DNA of 57,145 bases, the filler included, from Basidiobolus ranarum (lineage: Eukaryota): NCBI GenBank assembly GCA_040143965.1. It is 2 parts of 2 records of this genome, joined end to end, with 100 filler letters (N's around TTAATTAATTAA, not from the genome) between each part and the next. Parts side by side here need not be neighbours in the genome. Positions count along the whole stretch, not along the records: positions 1 to 28,528 come from JASJQH010006989.1; positions 28,629 to 57,145 come from JASJQH010006990.1. One strand, given 5' to 3'. Position numbers and translations under genes: made by a program. The notes beneath the pieces were generated by a model. That model was not told the origin of the DNA, searched no databases, and saw only the letters and a list, made by a program, of their open reading frames with translations. The stretch's first letter is position 1. Each line of letters opens with the position of its first letter. Below are positions 25,616 through 37,857 of the stretch, one piece after another.

Positions 25616-27278
25616 ATGTCTGATAAACGTAAAGCATCACCTCCACCCACTGGAGGTATACTGATCAAACGTCAAAAACCAGAAGAACTGCCTGAAAATG
25701 CTGTTGCGATCAAAGGCAAAGATGGATCTGTCATTCAAACTGTAAGTGCCCAATAAACTCCGGATTGATACTTGAAGTCGGTGTTTAGTATATTGATTCA
25801 ACATGTGATTCCTAGGTCAAGCGAACCTCGGGTCTTCAAGCACCTATTATGTTATTAAATGGCCATAAGGTATTTTTTTCTTCTCGCATGAGGATTTTTC
25901 TTCGTTGAAATTAATCAAATTTATATAGGGTGAAGTTCTTACATGTAAATTTGATCCTTCTGGAGAACACGTAGCTTCTGGAGCTTTCGATGGCGACATA
26001 TGTAAATCCACTTTATCTTTTTTATTTTGTTTATATACATATTAATCCTTGGGATTTAGTTTTATGGAATACTTATGGTGATTGCGTTAACTACGGAGTC
26101 CTTAAAGGGCATACCAGCGCTGTTCTGGAAGTTCAATGGTCTCAAGATTCAAAGTATTTTTTAGTTCCTTAAATTCAAGAGAATGGCGTCCATGTACTTA
26201 CGGTTATATTTTCAGAAATATTTATTCAGCTAGTGCCGATAAAAGTGTTGGAATATGGGATGTAAATACCGGAGTCCGTGTTAAAAGATTTAGAGGACAC
26301 AACTCTTATGTGAACTCATGTTCTCCACAACATAAATTCTCAGGCTCTAATGTGGTAGTTAGTGGAAGTGACGACAGAACTGTGAAAGTAAGTGTTTGTT
26401 TGTTCTCAAGCAATTCAGCACACCACCTTACAATTGTAATATCAGATATGGGATATTCGACAGAAGAATCCAGTGGATACATTCGAACAAGATTACCAGG
26501 TAACCGCCGTCACTTTCAGTGAAGCAGGTGACATGGTTTTCGCTGGAAGTTTGGATAATAAAATTACAGTAAGTATATCCAACGCATTGCTGCATCACTT
26601 CGGTATATTAATGGTGCTGATTGTAATAGGCTTGGGATGTCCGTAAGAAAGAGATCGCGTACGTTTTGGAAGGCCACGAAGACACAATTTCTGGTATCCG
26701 ACTTAGTCCAGATGGTTCCTACCTCCTATCTAATGGAATGGATAACACAGGTACCCTCATTACACTAATAATTACTATCAAAGGGAGATATAGCATACTA
26801 ATTAACCGACTCTTGATTGACAGTAAGAATATGGGATGTTAAGCCATTTGCTCCTGCCAATCGTATGCTTAAGATTTTCGAAGGTTGGTCATGTATTTCG
26901 AAATATCGAGTCTTGATAATCGTCCTTTTATCCATCAGCCGGTGTTAATTTGGTTGAATTATATTAGGTGCGCCCCAAGGCTTTGAGAAGAATCTCATCA
27001 AGCCTGCTTGGTCTCCTGATGGTGATAGGATTGCTTGCGGTAGTGGTGATAGAACCGTTGTAGTGTGGGATGTTACTACTCGCAGAATCCTCTACAAATT
27101 ACCTGGACATAAGGGATGTGTTAATGAAGTTGACTTTCACCCACGTGAACCAATTCGTAAGAATCTTATTTTCTTATTCACTGAAGCTATTTTCACCTGA
27201 GCTAACATCTTTCATCTAGTTGTTTCTGGTAGTACCGATAAATCTTTATTCCTTGGCGAGATATCTGCCAGTAATTGA
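25616..27278 (+). CDS. SNRNP40: U5 snRNP 40-kDa WD40 protein (SNRNP40/Spf38), multi-exon
   Basis: Spliced KRTSGLQAPIMLLNGHKGEV, WNTYGDCVNYGVLKGH, LLSNGMDNTVRIWDVKPFAP, FEKNLIK, LYKLPGHKGCVNEVDFHP, LFLGEI. Confidence 0.93.
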
Positions 27279-27439
27279 TTCGCTTGCTATGTTTAGTTTT
27301 ATATCTGTAAAGCGGGGTTTTTACTCTTACAATATAAACTTGTCCTTAAATAGATTGTTACTCAATTTCCATTCCTTCCACCCAAAAATATGATAATAAT
27401 TCTTTTTAAATATCAAAGTTTTGTTGTACTATGTATATG

Positions 27440-28290
27440 TGCATAAGAATAGCCCAAATATCTTAAGAGTCTTCTTAACCATTATGTTTCTTTTGCTGCT
27501 TCACAGGCAGTGATGTATTCTGCTTCTGTTGTTGAAAGTGCTATGGTAGGTTGTTTCTTTCAATTCCAAGAAATAGCTCCATTATAGCAAATAAATTAGT
27601 ATCCTATTGTAGATCTCCTGTCTTCAATGTTGCTTCCCCATCTGCATCTAAATATTCCATCAGAAAAAAGTTTGATCCAGAATATGTGTATTTTGAGCAC
27701 AGATCCATGGTACCCTTCACATATCTGAAAATCTGCTTAACTGCTATGATTTGATCAGATCCATAATTTTCAAGATATTAGTACATAACTCCCATAGAGT
27801 TTGCATTACCTGGCCATGCTTCAATCATGATATACATCAAACTACTATCCATAGAATGATAAGGATATTTCTGTCTTTCATTTGAATCCAAGAATGTGTG
27901 CTATGTGCTATTTTTGGTCAAGTCAACACTTTTCTCCATTAGGATAGATACTGATTACATTCTTTCACTTTAAACATCTTGAGTATATCTAGGATATACT
28001 TAGATTGGCTTAAAGGCATTGTTTTGGTAGTTCTATCTATCTTAATTTTGATTCCAAGATAGTATATCAGTTCATCAAGATCTGTCATGATTCTGAACTT
28101 GGCATACTTATCCACTGCAATTGGAATTCTTTTATTATTAGATTATGACATCATATCTGCTGTGCCATCCTTTCTTAGCAATCATGTGCTAGTTCATCCA
28201 GGTTACCTTATATAAAAGTCATGTTCTTTGGAATATTCCATGAAACCTAACCAATTGTATCATCCCACAGATAGTATATTTCCACCAAGA
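27440..28290 (-). mobile_element. Degenerate Ty1/copia LTR-retrotransposon fragment (RT C-terminus + RNase H), pseudogenised
   Basis: Minus-strand translations: DLDELIYYLGIKI..LSQSKYILDILKMF; PYHSMDSSLMYIMIEAWPGNA; AVKQIFRYVKGT; DRRSTIGY; GAISWN*KKQPTIALSTTEAEYITACEAAKE. Several stops and frameshifts. Confidence 0.93.
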
Positions 28291-28528
28291 TCTTCCATGA
28301 AAGGTCACCTGATCATCCTTACATCATCCCCCTTTGTACAGGTCCTTGTAGTGCCCAACACCCAAAACTTAAACTTGCCACAGTAAAATCCCTATTCAGT
28401 ATATTATGTTTCACCCTGCAATATCTATTGGGAAAATATGGGCTGTTTGGAGGAACTTTAGAAAAGTGGAGTTGTGAATAGCTTTGTGAGATAATTATTT
28501 ATTGACCAGAAATTAAGCATTTATACAT

Positions 28529-28628
28529 NNNNNNNNNNNNNNNNNNNNNNNNNNNNNNNNNNNNNNNNNNNNTTAATTAATTAANNNNNNNNNNNNNNNN
28601 NNNNNNNNNNNNNNNNNNNNNNNNNNNN
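28529..28628. other. Assembly gap / artificial contig linker (N44-TTAATTAATTAA-N44)
   Basis: Symmetric N runs around a 12-mer that puts stop codons in all six frames; total 100 bp. Confidence 0.97.
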
Positions 28629-31409
28629 ACTAGCACCAGTCACAGCTTGCTGAAGACGAATGATTTGTTTATGAAGGGTAGGGTTTTGGGCATCAATACG
28701 GTGAGCAGACTTAAGGGCCTTGAGGGCGAGAAGAAGCTTGCTTTGTCTAATGTAAATCTCAAATCCAAGGAGATGGGTTTCAATTCTATTACCGGCCAAC
28801 TCTTGAAGGGGAGTAAGGAATTGAAGGGCCTCGCCTAAAGGATTCTCAGTGCTAGCAAGTTTATCGCCATTAGGGTCTTCGTCTACCTTCTTGGTTGCTT
28901 GGTTCTTATGACTCTCTTCCTTGACTTGAGCTTTCTTGGATTCGGCTTCTTGTTGAGCCTTAAGAGCAGCCTTGCGTTGCTTGTTCTTGTATTTTTTGAT
29001 ATCAGAAGGAGTCATGTTAGCAAAGTTGGCCTGGTCAATCTCCTCTTGAGTTTTCTTTGGATTATCATAAAGATAGAGATAGTGCTTGACTGCGTTCTGG
29101 GCAGCACGGAAGTAGTAAGGATGAGATCTTAGTTGATCCTCAAGACGAAGAAGACCAATATAAGCGCGGATGGTCATTTTACGTAAACAGTATGTGTGGA
29201 AATCAAACTGATCATCGGTAAACTCATTGAAGTGCTTCTGAACTTGGTGATAGCGTTTGAGCGCTTTACCAATTTGGTTTTGTCTAGCAAAGCTTTCACC
29301 TGACTCTAAGGCAAACCACATACATTGCATATCTACAAGATCATTCAACGGATCTGTGCTATCAGCTCTGGTGAAAAGGACGATGGTCTTTTCAGCATCG
29401 GACACCTGATCGTTTCTTAACATATACTTGGTACACTTGGAGTTGATGCATCTATCTTGAAGATCGAGTTCACGGCCCTCATTCAAACACTTCGAAGCTC
29501 CCTCGAAGTCACCACTGTGCTTAAGAATACGGCCCTTGGTCATGTACAGTTCAACCATTGTAGGTGTGTGCTCAATGGCTGTGTTAATATACTCCAAGGC
29601 TTTCTCAGACTGTTGAGTGCGATCGAAGTGCTGAGCAAGGTAAAATAGACCCCAAAGATAGGCCGTAGGGGGCTCTTTAGCTTCTATAAGAGACATCAGT
29701 AAACATGGACAGATAAGAGATTGTGAACCAAGGTAACAATACCTGCTTCAGGTGTAAATTTGCCACACTCGAGATAGGTTTTCATGTAACCCTCCAAAAG
29801 ATCTTCGATAATCTTGACCTTTTCACTATCGGTGTATAGATCCTTAAGGTTGACAAACAAAGAAGGAACTCCCTTTCTCAACTGTTGTTGCATATAAACA
29901 TCTACTTGATGCTTGAATTGCTCTCCTAAAGTGGTATTACAATGCTTAGTACACCAATAGCTGTACATATACGAATGGCCTAATAGCACATACCATCAAC
30001 CAAAGACAATGGGTATCTCTTAAGAAGATTGGATCTGGGGTAGGTGCCAACCAACTCTTGGATGAGCTCAAGGGCCTGGGTCTTCTCATCGCTAGAGAGG
30101 TTATCTGAAGAAATTATTAGCAGTTATTTTCCATTGAGTATATCAAATTATCTTACCCTTCTTGTATCCTTTGCAGGCCAAAAGACCGTCAATATAAGCT
30201 CTACAATCGGAGTTTTCCTGGATAAGATCCCGGTAAGCTTTCTCGGCTTCCTCTAATCTTTCGAGTTGAAGATAAAATTGTGCTGTAATAATAATTAAGA
30301 GTTAAGTTTGACATCAGAGACGTTCTAGTTCAATAAGAGCCTACCTCTCTTTTCTTGTAGAGAACGACGATCGGCTACATCTTCTTCTATTTCCTTCAAA
30401 TGCTCCAAGGCCTTTTCAATATCACCACTTTCCTCGATGATCATGTTTTTGTATAGGACCATTTCGCTATGCTCGAAGTCGATGCCCTTGGGTCTTCCCT
30501 GTTTATTCGTACATTATATTTAAGTCTATGGGTATCTCATCTTTAACATTGGCGACTGGACGTACCTTCAAAGTCTCCTCATAAGAAGTGAGTACGTTGA
30601 GTGCCATGTCGTAGTTCTTTGATAAATGATAAGAGATGGCGAGGGAAATCCAGAAAGCTCTGTTTTGAGGTCTAAGCTCAAGGAGTTGGTGAGTGGCATC
30701 CTAAGAAGATTCATCGTTGAGATATAATGATTGTAGCCAAAATAGGGAAAGTAGTATCCTACACTGAATCCTTCATAGTTGCGCATTTGAATATGTAATA
30801 GCGAATAATCACGCAAAATTTGAAGATTTTCCTAAAGAAAATTCATTAGTCATATGCGCTACAACAAGTTACCTTGTAAAACAACGTACTTTGTCATATT
30901 TTAGAGCATGAGTATAACATTTCAAAGCTTCTTCGTAGTTTTTGTCGGATCTGTACAACAAACCGAAAACATGCCAACCTTACAGGGAAAGAAAGGTAAG
31001 CATGAACTCAGAAAACAGAAAGTTAAGAGGAGTTACTATGTACAAATGTGACTTCTGAGATTGTTTCGGAGACCCTTACGGACGAAATCATAGGCTTCTT
31101 CCTTCCTGTCCAAATGGTTCAAAAAAAGACCCTTCATGGCCAAAGTTTCTAGAAAGAGGTTTTGATTGATGTAAGTTGAAAAAACTTTGAAACAAGATTA
31201 TTGCTCGAAATTGAGTATACCTCCATGGTTAGGGAACTTCTTGAGAATCTGTTCGGCAGTCTTAAGACCCTTTTTATATTGTCTATGCTCATAAAATTTC
31301 TAGAGAATACAGTTGAAACATTTAGGAGCGTGACTAAATGAGTGGTTTTGTGGAATATAAGTACCAAAATAGTTTTGAAAACTGTTGTCTCCCTCTGAGG
31401 TAGATCCAT
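28629..31409 (-). CDS. NAT1: NatA N-terminal acetyltransferase auxiliary subunit (TPR protein), multi-exon, 3' end lost in the gap
   Basis: [107 protein letters not shown]. Confidence 0.95.
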
Positions 31410-31723
31410 ATTTTGAATTTCACAAGATCAAGGAAAGTGAAGACTTTAGGCCTAGTTTGGAACAAAGTAGAGACCACTACAGTATTCGATGCCAATGAGC
31501 TGCCTTTTTTTTTCCAATTGATTTCTCCTAGGTCTTTAGGTTGAATATCATACCCATTGATTAAACCAATTAAAACGACGTAATCCTTTAACACTCATAA
31601 GTGCCTCGATTAACGTCTGATGAAATGATACTACCTCTCACGTGACATGCATATTGCAGGCAATTCGCGACTCTGAGGAGCAATCTAGCTGAGTGTGTTG
31701 AAGCTATTAGCACCTGAAGAAAC

Positions 31724-32408
31724 ATGGCTACCAACTTGCAATCACACATTGAAAAACTAATTAAGAGGTACTACAGCCACTTATCACAGCAGGACAATTG
31801 TGCTGTTTACTGATTATTTTCCGTTGGGATTAACTTAAATATACAGAGTGGATGGACTTGAAGCAGTATTAATAACTGACAGAGACGGTGTCATCATTCT
31901 GAAAGGTGCGCCAATACTATTTTAACTTTACAAAGGGTTAGACGAATGTTAAGCAGTTTTACATGTATAGCCGCTGTAGATAACTTATCGACCAAGCTTT
32001 TGGAGCCTATTCTGTCTAATACTTTTGTAGTTGCTAGTGACCAGGTAGAATGTCTTTTGCTAAAGCAATGAAGTTACTCATCTCTTACCAATACTAAATT
32101 GGATTTATTTTTGATAGGCAAGCAAGCTTGGACTTAAGAAAAACCACAGCATTGTTAATATATTTGGCCTACATCAAATAGTACAATTTAATTTCTCTCC
32201 GCTTGTATTATCACTTGTGGCCGATTCTGAGGCTAATACAGGTACTTCCTTATTTGTAGTAGCTTTTTTATTATTTTAAACTCGACTCACCTAAAAATCC
32301 CTTTTTCTTAAAGGCGTGTTGATGGATCTGGGAAGTGAACTCAAATCTTTCACTGATATTATCATAGCTGCTATTAGCGAACAGAAGCCCAAAGATGATG
32401 AGCAGTAA
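31724..32408 (+). CDS. LAMTOR3: Ragulator subunit LAMTOR3/MP1 (roadblock domain); exons 31724-31767, 31847-31905, 31971-32044, 32118-32241, 32314-32408
   Basis: Manual splice gives MATNLQSHIEKLIKRVDGLEAVLITDRDGVIILK...STFVVASDQASKLGLKKNHSIV-like segment...QIVQFNFSPLVLSLVADSEANTG, matching LAMTOR3 hallmarks (DRDGV, DQxSKLGL, QFN.PL, ANTG). Not in the ORF track. Confidence 0.92.
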
Positions 32409-32904
32409 TCGTTAACGACAAATATTATCCCATATAAAGAAATTTCAAACGCCGTTTCTAGATCTATACGCAACTTTCATTAAAGACTCTTAGCTTTCTT
32501 TACCAAGTGAACATGACTAGAGTAATTAATAGTTGGAATAATGATTAAGTGAAACTGGAAATAAACCAGGTTTAAGTTTCAGCTATGAATGATCAAAGTG
32601 CTTAGTTAAACGGGTGTGTTAGTAACATACTTGTAGCTGAGCAATAATGTAACCTTTCAGTAGTACAAGGCAATTTCTATAGAAAGAAAGCAGCTACCAT
32701 CTTGAATGATGAAACAAACAAGTTTCCTACCTCAATAATGTATAAGTATTTACGTGAGATTGATTATCGGTTGAAAGGAAACGGTTTATTTGGTAGATTG
32801 TACATGCGAAATAGAAAGAGTGCCCTTGGTAGGTGCACTTTCAAGTAAATAAACAAAAATGTTGTGGAATCGAGTAAATTAAAGAGAGCATCTACATATC
32901 CGGT

Positions 32905-34086
32905 TTAGACGTCTACATGAGCTAAGAAATCTTTTGTGTCCAAGTAAACGCCTCTGAAATGACGAGGGCCAGAAAACCCGGTACGAGCGTGCAACATACG
33001 GTAGTTGTCATACACAATCAAATCACCAGACTTCAATGAAAAACGAAGTTGGTTTTCTGGGTCACGAACAAAGGCGGAAAATCTATTGTACGCACGATAC
33101 CATTCTTCCATCAACTCAAAAGAGGTTTGATGGGGAGCCATGGTGAAGTAAGAATATCTAATCTTAGTAATCTTGGGTTCATCAATAGTAGATCCAGGAG
33201 CCAACTCAATGATTGGAGTGTTTAATGATTTTTGATATTTGCTTTGCTTACGATCGAAACGGATTGGAACACTGGCCAAAAGGTCAAATGCGTGACGGTC
33301 CAACTCATTTCGAAGGTAGTATGCAGCTTGAACCGAATTTACCAAGTAACTATCACCACCCTCTGTCGCAGGATTAATGCATTGCAAGAATTGAATTCCC
33401 GGAGCCTCCTCGAGGTAGGGAAGATCTGTGTGAAGATCAACTCCATGATTGGTATATCCAAGTTGATCAGTATTGCTATTAGTTTTATTGTTAGTACGGA
33501 GGTCTTCAATACGGCCGAAATGAGAGCTGATAACCTCCTTATCCTTGGCAATGAAATCATGGATAATCTGCTCCGTATCAAGGCCACGATTACGAATAAC
33601 CACCGCTCCATGTTGTTTGAAAAGAGTAGCAATGGCCCTGCTGTACGCCTTCAATCCCTCAGCCGATAATGGTTGCCCAGCATTGATATCTTCTTCAGCA
33701 GGTGGGTATTGCTCCAAATATTCTTGGAAATCTATCTCTACCTTGCTTCCATCGCTAATGGGTCGAGGAGTGGCTGTCCGATTTCTGGCATAGGCATACT
33801 CGTCAAGAAAAGTGAATGAATACGTGGAGATATGTCCATCATCCCATTCGACAGTGATGCCATCTTCTTTTTCATTACTGTCTACAACTCTGCTAGGAGT
33901 TACTATTAAGGGGATCTGGCTAGAGTCTACAACTCTTTCGCCAGTTTGGGGGTGTCTGCAACCATTGAAGCATGGGCAATTGTGACGGAGCCAAAAATGA
34001 TGGAAATCAGCATGATTATCAGACCCAGGGAAAAAGACACGAAGGTAAGTAGAATTGATAGCGGCAGAAGTAGTATTGGGAATCAT
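32905..34086 (-). CDS. Fe(II)/2-oxoglutarate dioxygenase, gamma-butyrobetaine/trimethyllysine hydroxylase-like (GBBH N-terminal + TauD domain), intronless
   Basis: FWLRHNCPC..C.HP.T.ER and VEWDDGHIS.Y (GBBH-N); LHTDLPY, GGDSYLV, DNYRMLHARTGF.GPRHFRG.Y. First ATG at 34086 with TATAAAA about 70 bp upstream. Confidence 0.9.
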   Translation of the reverse strand: MIPNTTSAAINSTYLRVFFPGSDNHADFHHFWLRHNCPCFNGCRHPQTGERVVDSSQIPLIVTPSRVVDSNEKEDGITVEWDDGHISTYSFTFLDEYAYARNRTATPRPISDGSKVEIDFQEYLEQYPPAEEDINAGQPLSAEGLKAYSRAIATLFKQHGAVVIRNRGLDTEQIIHDFIAKDKEVISSHFGRIEDLRTNNKTNSNTDQLGYTNHGVDLHTDLPYLEEAPGIQFLQCINPATEGGDSYLVNSVQAAYYLRNELDRHAFDLLASVPIRFDRKQSKYQKSLNTPIIELAPGSTIDEPKITKIRYSYFTMAPHQTSFELMEEWYRAYNRFSAFVRDPENQLRFSLKSGDLIVYDNYRMLHARTGFSGPRHFRGVYLDTKDFLAHVDV

Positions 34087-34773
34087 GTCTTGACTGACTC
34101 TGAAGAGTATTAGGAAGTTCGGTTGTAATGACGAGTTAACGATAGAAGTGGAAGTTTTATAGCTGCCAACGTTCAAGAATGCGATATTACGCCATCATTA
34201 GTGATAATTATCTAGTCCAGTGAGGCTACAGGGCAAGGACTGACCAAAAAATCCGGTAAATTGCGTGATTTTGTGTGGGCTGACTAAATCTCACCAAGTG
34301 ACGATTTTCGCATCTCAAATTAATCCAATATATATACCCCTACAGCAAGGCGAGAGTTAGTCTTGATACTCGGTAGTTGATCGAGATTTAGTCGAGGAAT
34401 CTATTGATACGACTAAACCAAGCAGCACACTCACCCAGGCATATAAGGCAAGTGTTCAGCAACACAGCTATAGAGGTAGAAAATGGCATCATCTCAAGAT
34501 TTTACCACAACATGCCAATGACTCATTTTGATCACCAACACCCATCATGGTGGGATATCGTACCAGTATTGGTCATTGAGGAATATGTGTCTGTATCAAT
34601 ACTTAGCAGTAGTTGGAGAACTGTGTCTGTTTCAGTACTTGGTTAGAGAATTGTTTGTAGTTAGGGTTAAGTTGGCATTTGACGGTTCACAGCCTAGGTA
34701 CAAGCGAATAAACATCAGAGGCTTAAAGTTATAAATGAACCGGAGTTTACACAGGCATATATTCTTTCTTTCA

Positions 34774-34844
34774 TGATGACTATATGCATTCCCTTTTGAT
34801 GACTATATGCATTGACTTTTGATGATTATATATGCACTCCTTTT
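34774..34844. repeat. ~23-bp imperfect tandem repeat x3
   Basis: tgatgactatatgcattcccttt / tgatgactatatgcattgacttt / tgatgattatatatgcactcctttt. Confidence 0.88.
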
Positions 34845-35556
34845 CGTTAAATCTATGCGTTCTTTTGGTGGTATTGTCAAATCTAGCATCTCTTCATTAA
34901 AGCGGTTTGGGAAGGAATGGTGGATATGATGAACTGGAAATAATGGTGAATGCGATTACACACAAGCCAGAAATAGAGGTGGGAAAATTCCAACACCCAT
35001 TGCCGATACCAAATCACAATACATACAAACAAATAGTGAATGACTTCAAACTAAACTAGGAACGAAACCTGTTCTAAGACATGTTGCAGTCAAATAGTGA
35101 TATGGGATTTGCATAAGATCGAAGGAAATAATCCCAAATTAGAACTAATTTGAGTATATTTATAAATAGTAACAATTCGAGTAGGCCAGTCTTCTGGTGA
35201 TACCTTTGTTACCTTAATTTATTCTTTCTCTTTCAAAGAGTACGAAATTGATACAGCCATTCCGTATTTGATGCCCTCTTACCATTTTGAGTTCCTTTTA
35301 CTCTGATTCACCTTACTCTCCACTCCAACTCCTGTATTTGTTCATATCTGCTGACCTACCACCATACACTATCCTCCATAACTTCCTACCTTTCTAACCA
35401 TAGTCTTTACCCCAATTAGCCACTTTATTTCGTAGATTCTCAATATTTAAATTTACTTTTGAGAGTCAAAATAACCTGGTTTTCTAACATCTACGGTTAC
35501 TACTTAAATTCTTCTAATCTGCTGTAGGAGGGTTGAAAGATTTCGCTATAACCTCT

Positions 35557-37857
35557 ATGGATATACAAAACCTTATGGAACCTGAAGGGACCAATTTCGA
35601 ATACGCAATAGCAGATTCCTCCCCAAGCGACTCGCTCTTTGAGAACAATACCGCACCACTAGCTAAACGAAGTAATGATTTTGACTTTTATGTGCGTTAT
35701 GTAGCCAAGGATTTGTGGAAACGGATGTCTTTCTCAAGGAATGAGAGTGTTACATATACCAAGCAAATGTGTCTGACCAACTGCGGTATCACTTCACAGA
35801 AAAGCAATATCTCTTTACCTACTTTATTTTCTCCATATACCCTGTCGGACCGGGAAACTGAAGCGAATTCAGATGAATTTTTACTTACTGAAACTGATTG
35901 GACAACAGAGTATGGATTATATTGGCCAGCTGCAGTAAGACATTTGTATATAACGCACCATGGTATTGTACTTGATTAACTTCTTAAAATCAACGTAGGG
36001 ACATTGGCTAGATGATTCTAGGCGCTTGGCCACTTATCAGTTTGGAACGCAAGTAACTTAACTTTTACTAGAGCAATCAACGACACTTGGGTATTAAATC
36101 CACCGTTTGTTTCTGCTCTTTCTGAAATAATAGGATATAATCGAAATACAGCATCGCAATAGCTTTATTTTATTGCCGGTACATATATCTATATACATAT
36201 GTGAGTGTTTCTTATCTTCTAACGCACATCCTCTCAATGATAGACATTGAATTATTTCGAAAGCTATGCTGAAGGCTATTTGCTGAAAAAATGCGGCAAA
36301 GGGATCTCTCAGTGTTGGAGTTTGCGATGGTTCTGCTTACGCGGGGCAGCAATATGTTATTCACGAAGAGCAAAGGTAAATTAACCGCTAGAACTACTAG
36401 AGAGGAGTGATTCTAACATCTTCGCTTGAAACCACAGGATTGTTCTAGTGCTATTATCAACATTCACGATCGGTTTGTATTTGTGGAGGGAAATCATTTT
36501 AAATCGAAAGACGAAAACAGCTGGCAGTTTTCGATTCAATTGGGCAGCAAAACGCTCGATTTGAAAGTTACCACCCTCCAGGTAGCTACTCTACTGCCTA
36601 TATCACGAGTAACATTTCAATTGATATTTGTTTCATTCTTAGGAATATGAACACTGGCGTCGCATATTTAAGAATCTCCAAACCCGGAATCTGGAAGAGC
36701 GTACATGTCGTAAACAATCGCTATCTATTGAATCAGCAACTGCATCTGCAATATGGTCCAAATCAGCTGAAACATCGAAATGCTTGGACAGCTTTGTTGG
36801 AGAGAATAAACCCAGGCCTCGCTCAAGATCATTTCTAACCCGACACGAAATATTCTCAAGTGAAACCCATTTTAAAGCCACTTTGATTGTTATTCATCAC
36901 TCAAATCAATTATCTTTTTATAGAATCAAGTCATTCATTTGCTAAGCCACGTAAGGAAAGTATCCCTGAGCCAAAACGAATTATCCCTGTCAGAAGAGCA
37001 TACTTCCAATTACAGAATGAGCCAGAATTCGTATACATTGGTTTCAAGCCCAAAATGGCATACATATTCGGAAATAGCTCGGTAAGCTAAAGCTCGTTTT
37101 CATCAACTACAACCTATTAACACCCCTTTAATACAGCATCACAACGATGAACGGTGTATGTCCTTGTCCAATGCCTGGGTTGAAGTGGAGTACTCAACTG
37201 GCCGCTTCATGTTTGTATTCAATATCAAAAGCTACGCTGAGGATAGAATATCCCCTCCAGATGGTATAATTGGGAGACTTTATGTTGAAAGCGATGCTGA
37301 AATGAAGATGTGGCTTGTTGAATTTACAGAAGCAGCAGGTAAGATCTATTAGCTGATATTCTTTTTGAGAAAGCAACCTCTAATTGCCGGGAAATACAGA
37401 TATGCAGATCTCCTTGGGAAATATCAAATCAGTCATATTTGAAACAATACCCTCGAATCGATCAGCAGCCCCTGTGTCGGAATTTGACGATGGCTACTCT
37501 ACATCCCCGCCTACCACCCCAACAAGCTTAAGTGGGTCTGAAATCACTAACTTCCCCTTCACCCCATCGAAATACTTTACACCAAGTCGACAAAGCTTGA
37601 GAGATGATTATGAAGAGGTGAATTTCGCACCAAACAAACCTCGATAATGTTACTTTGATTAACGTGATTTACAGGTATATACTGCAAGACCCCCATCCGT
37701 CATAGACACTACTAAGCATCAGTCAGAGGACATTGACATGTCACGATATGGAACATCTGCCCCTACACCGTTTTATCTAAGCCCCTACCGAGTGGTTAAA
37801 AAAACCTCACAGCGATTTCCTACCACATTTTGGAGACGTCGGGGCTCAATAATATGA
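35557..37857 (+). CDS. PH-domain protein with N-terminal ubiquitin-like (talin/FERM F0-like) region and probable second PH domain, multi-exon
   Basis: Spliced FYVRYVAKDLWKRMSF...YGLYWPAAGHWLDDSRRLATYQFGTQDIIEIQ; EGYLLKKCGKGISQCWSLRWFCLRG...LQEYEHWRR; RLYVESDAEMKMW. Confidence 0.75.

Noticed and set aside
28573-28584. TTAATTAATTAA palindrome as a biological element
   Set aside because: Centred exactly in N runs; a synthetic six-frame stop linker.
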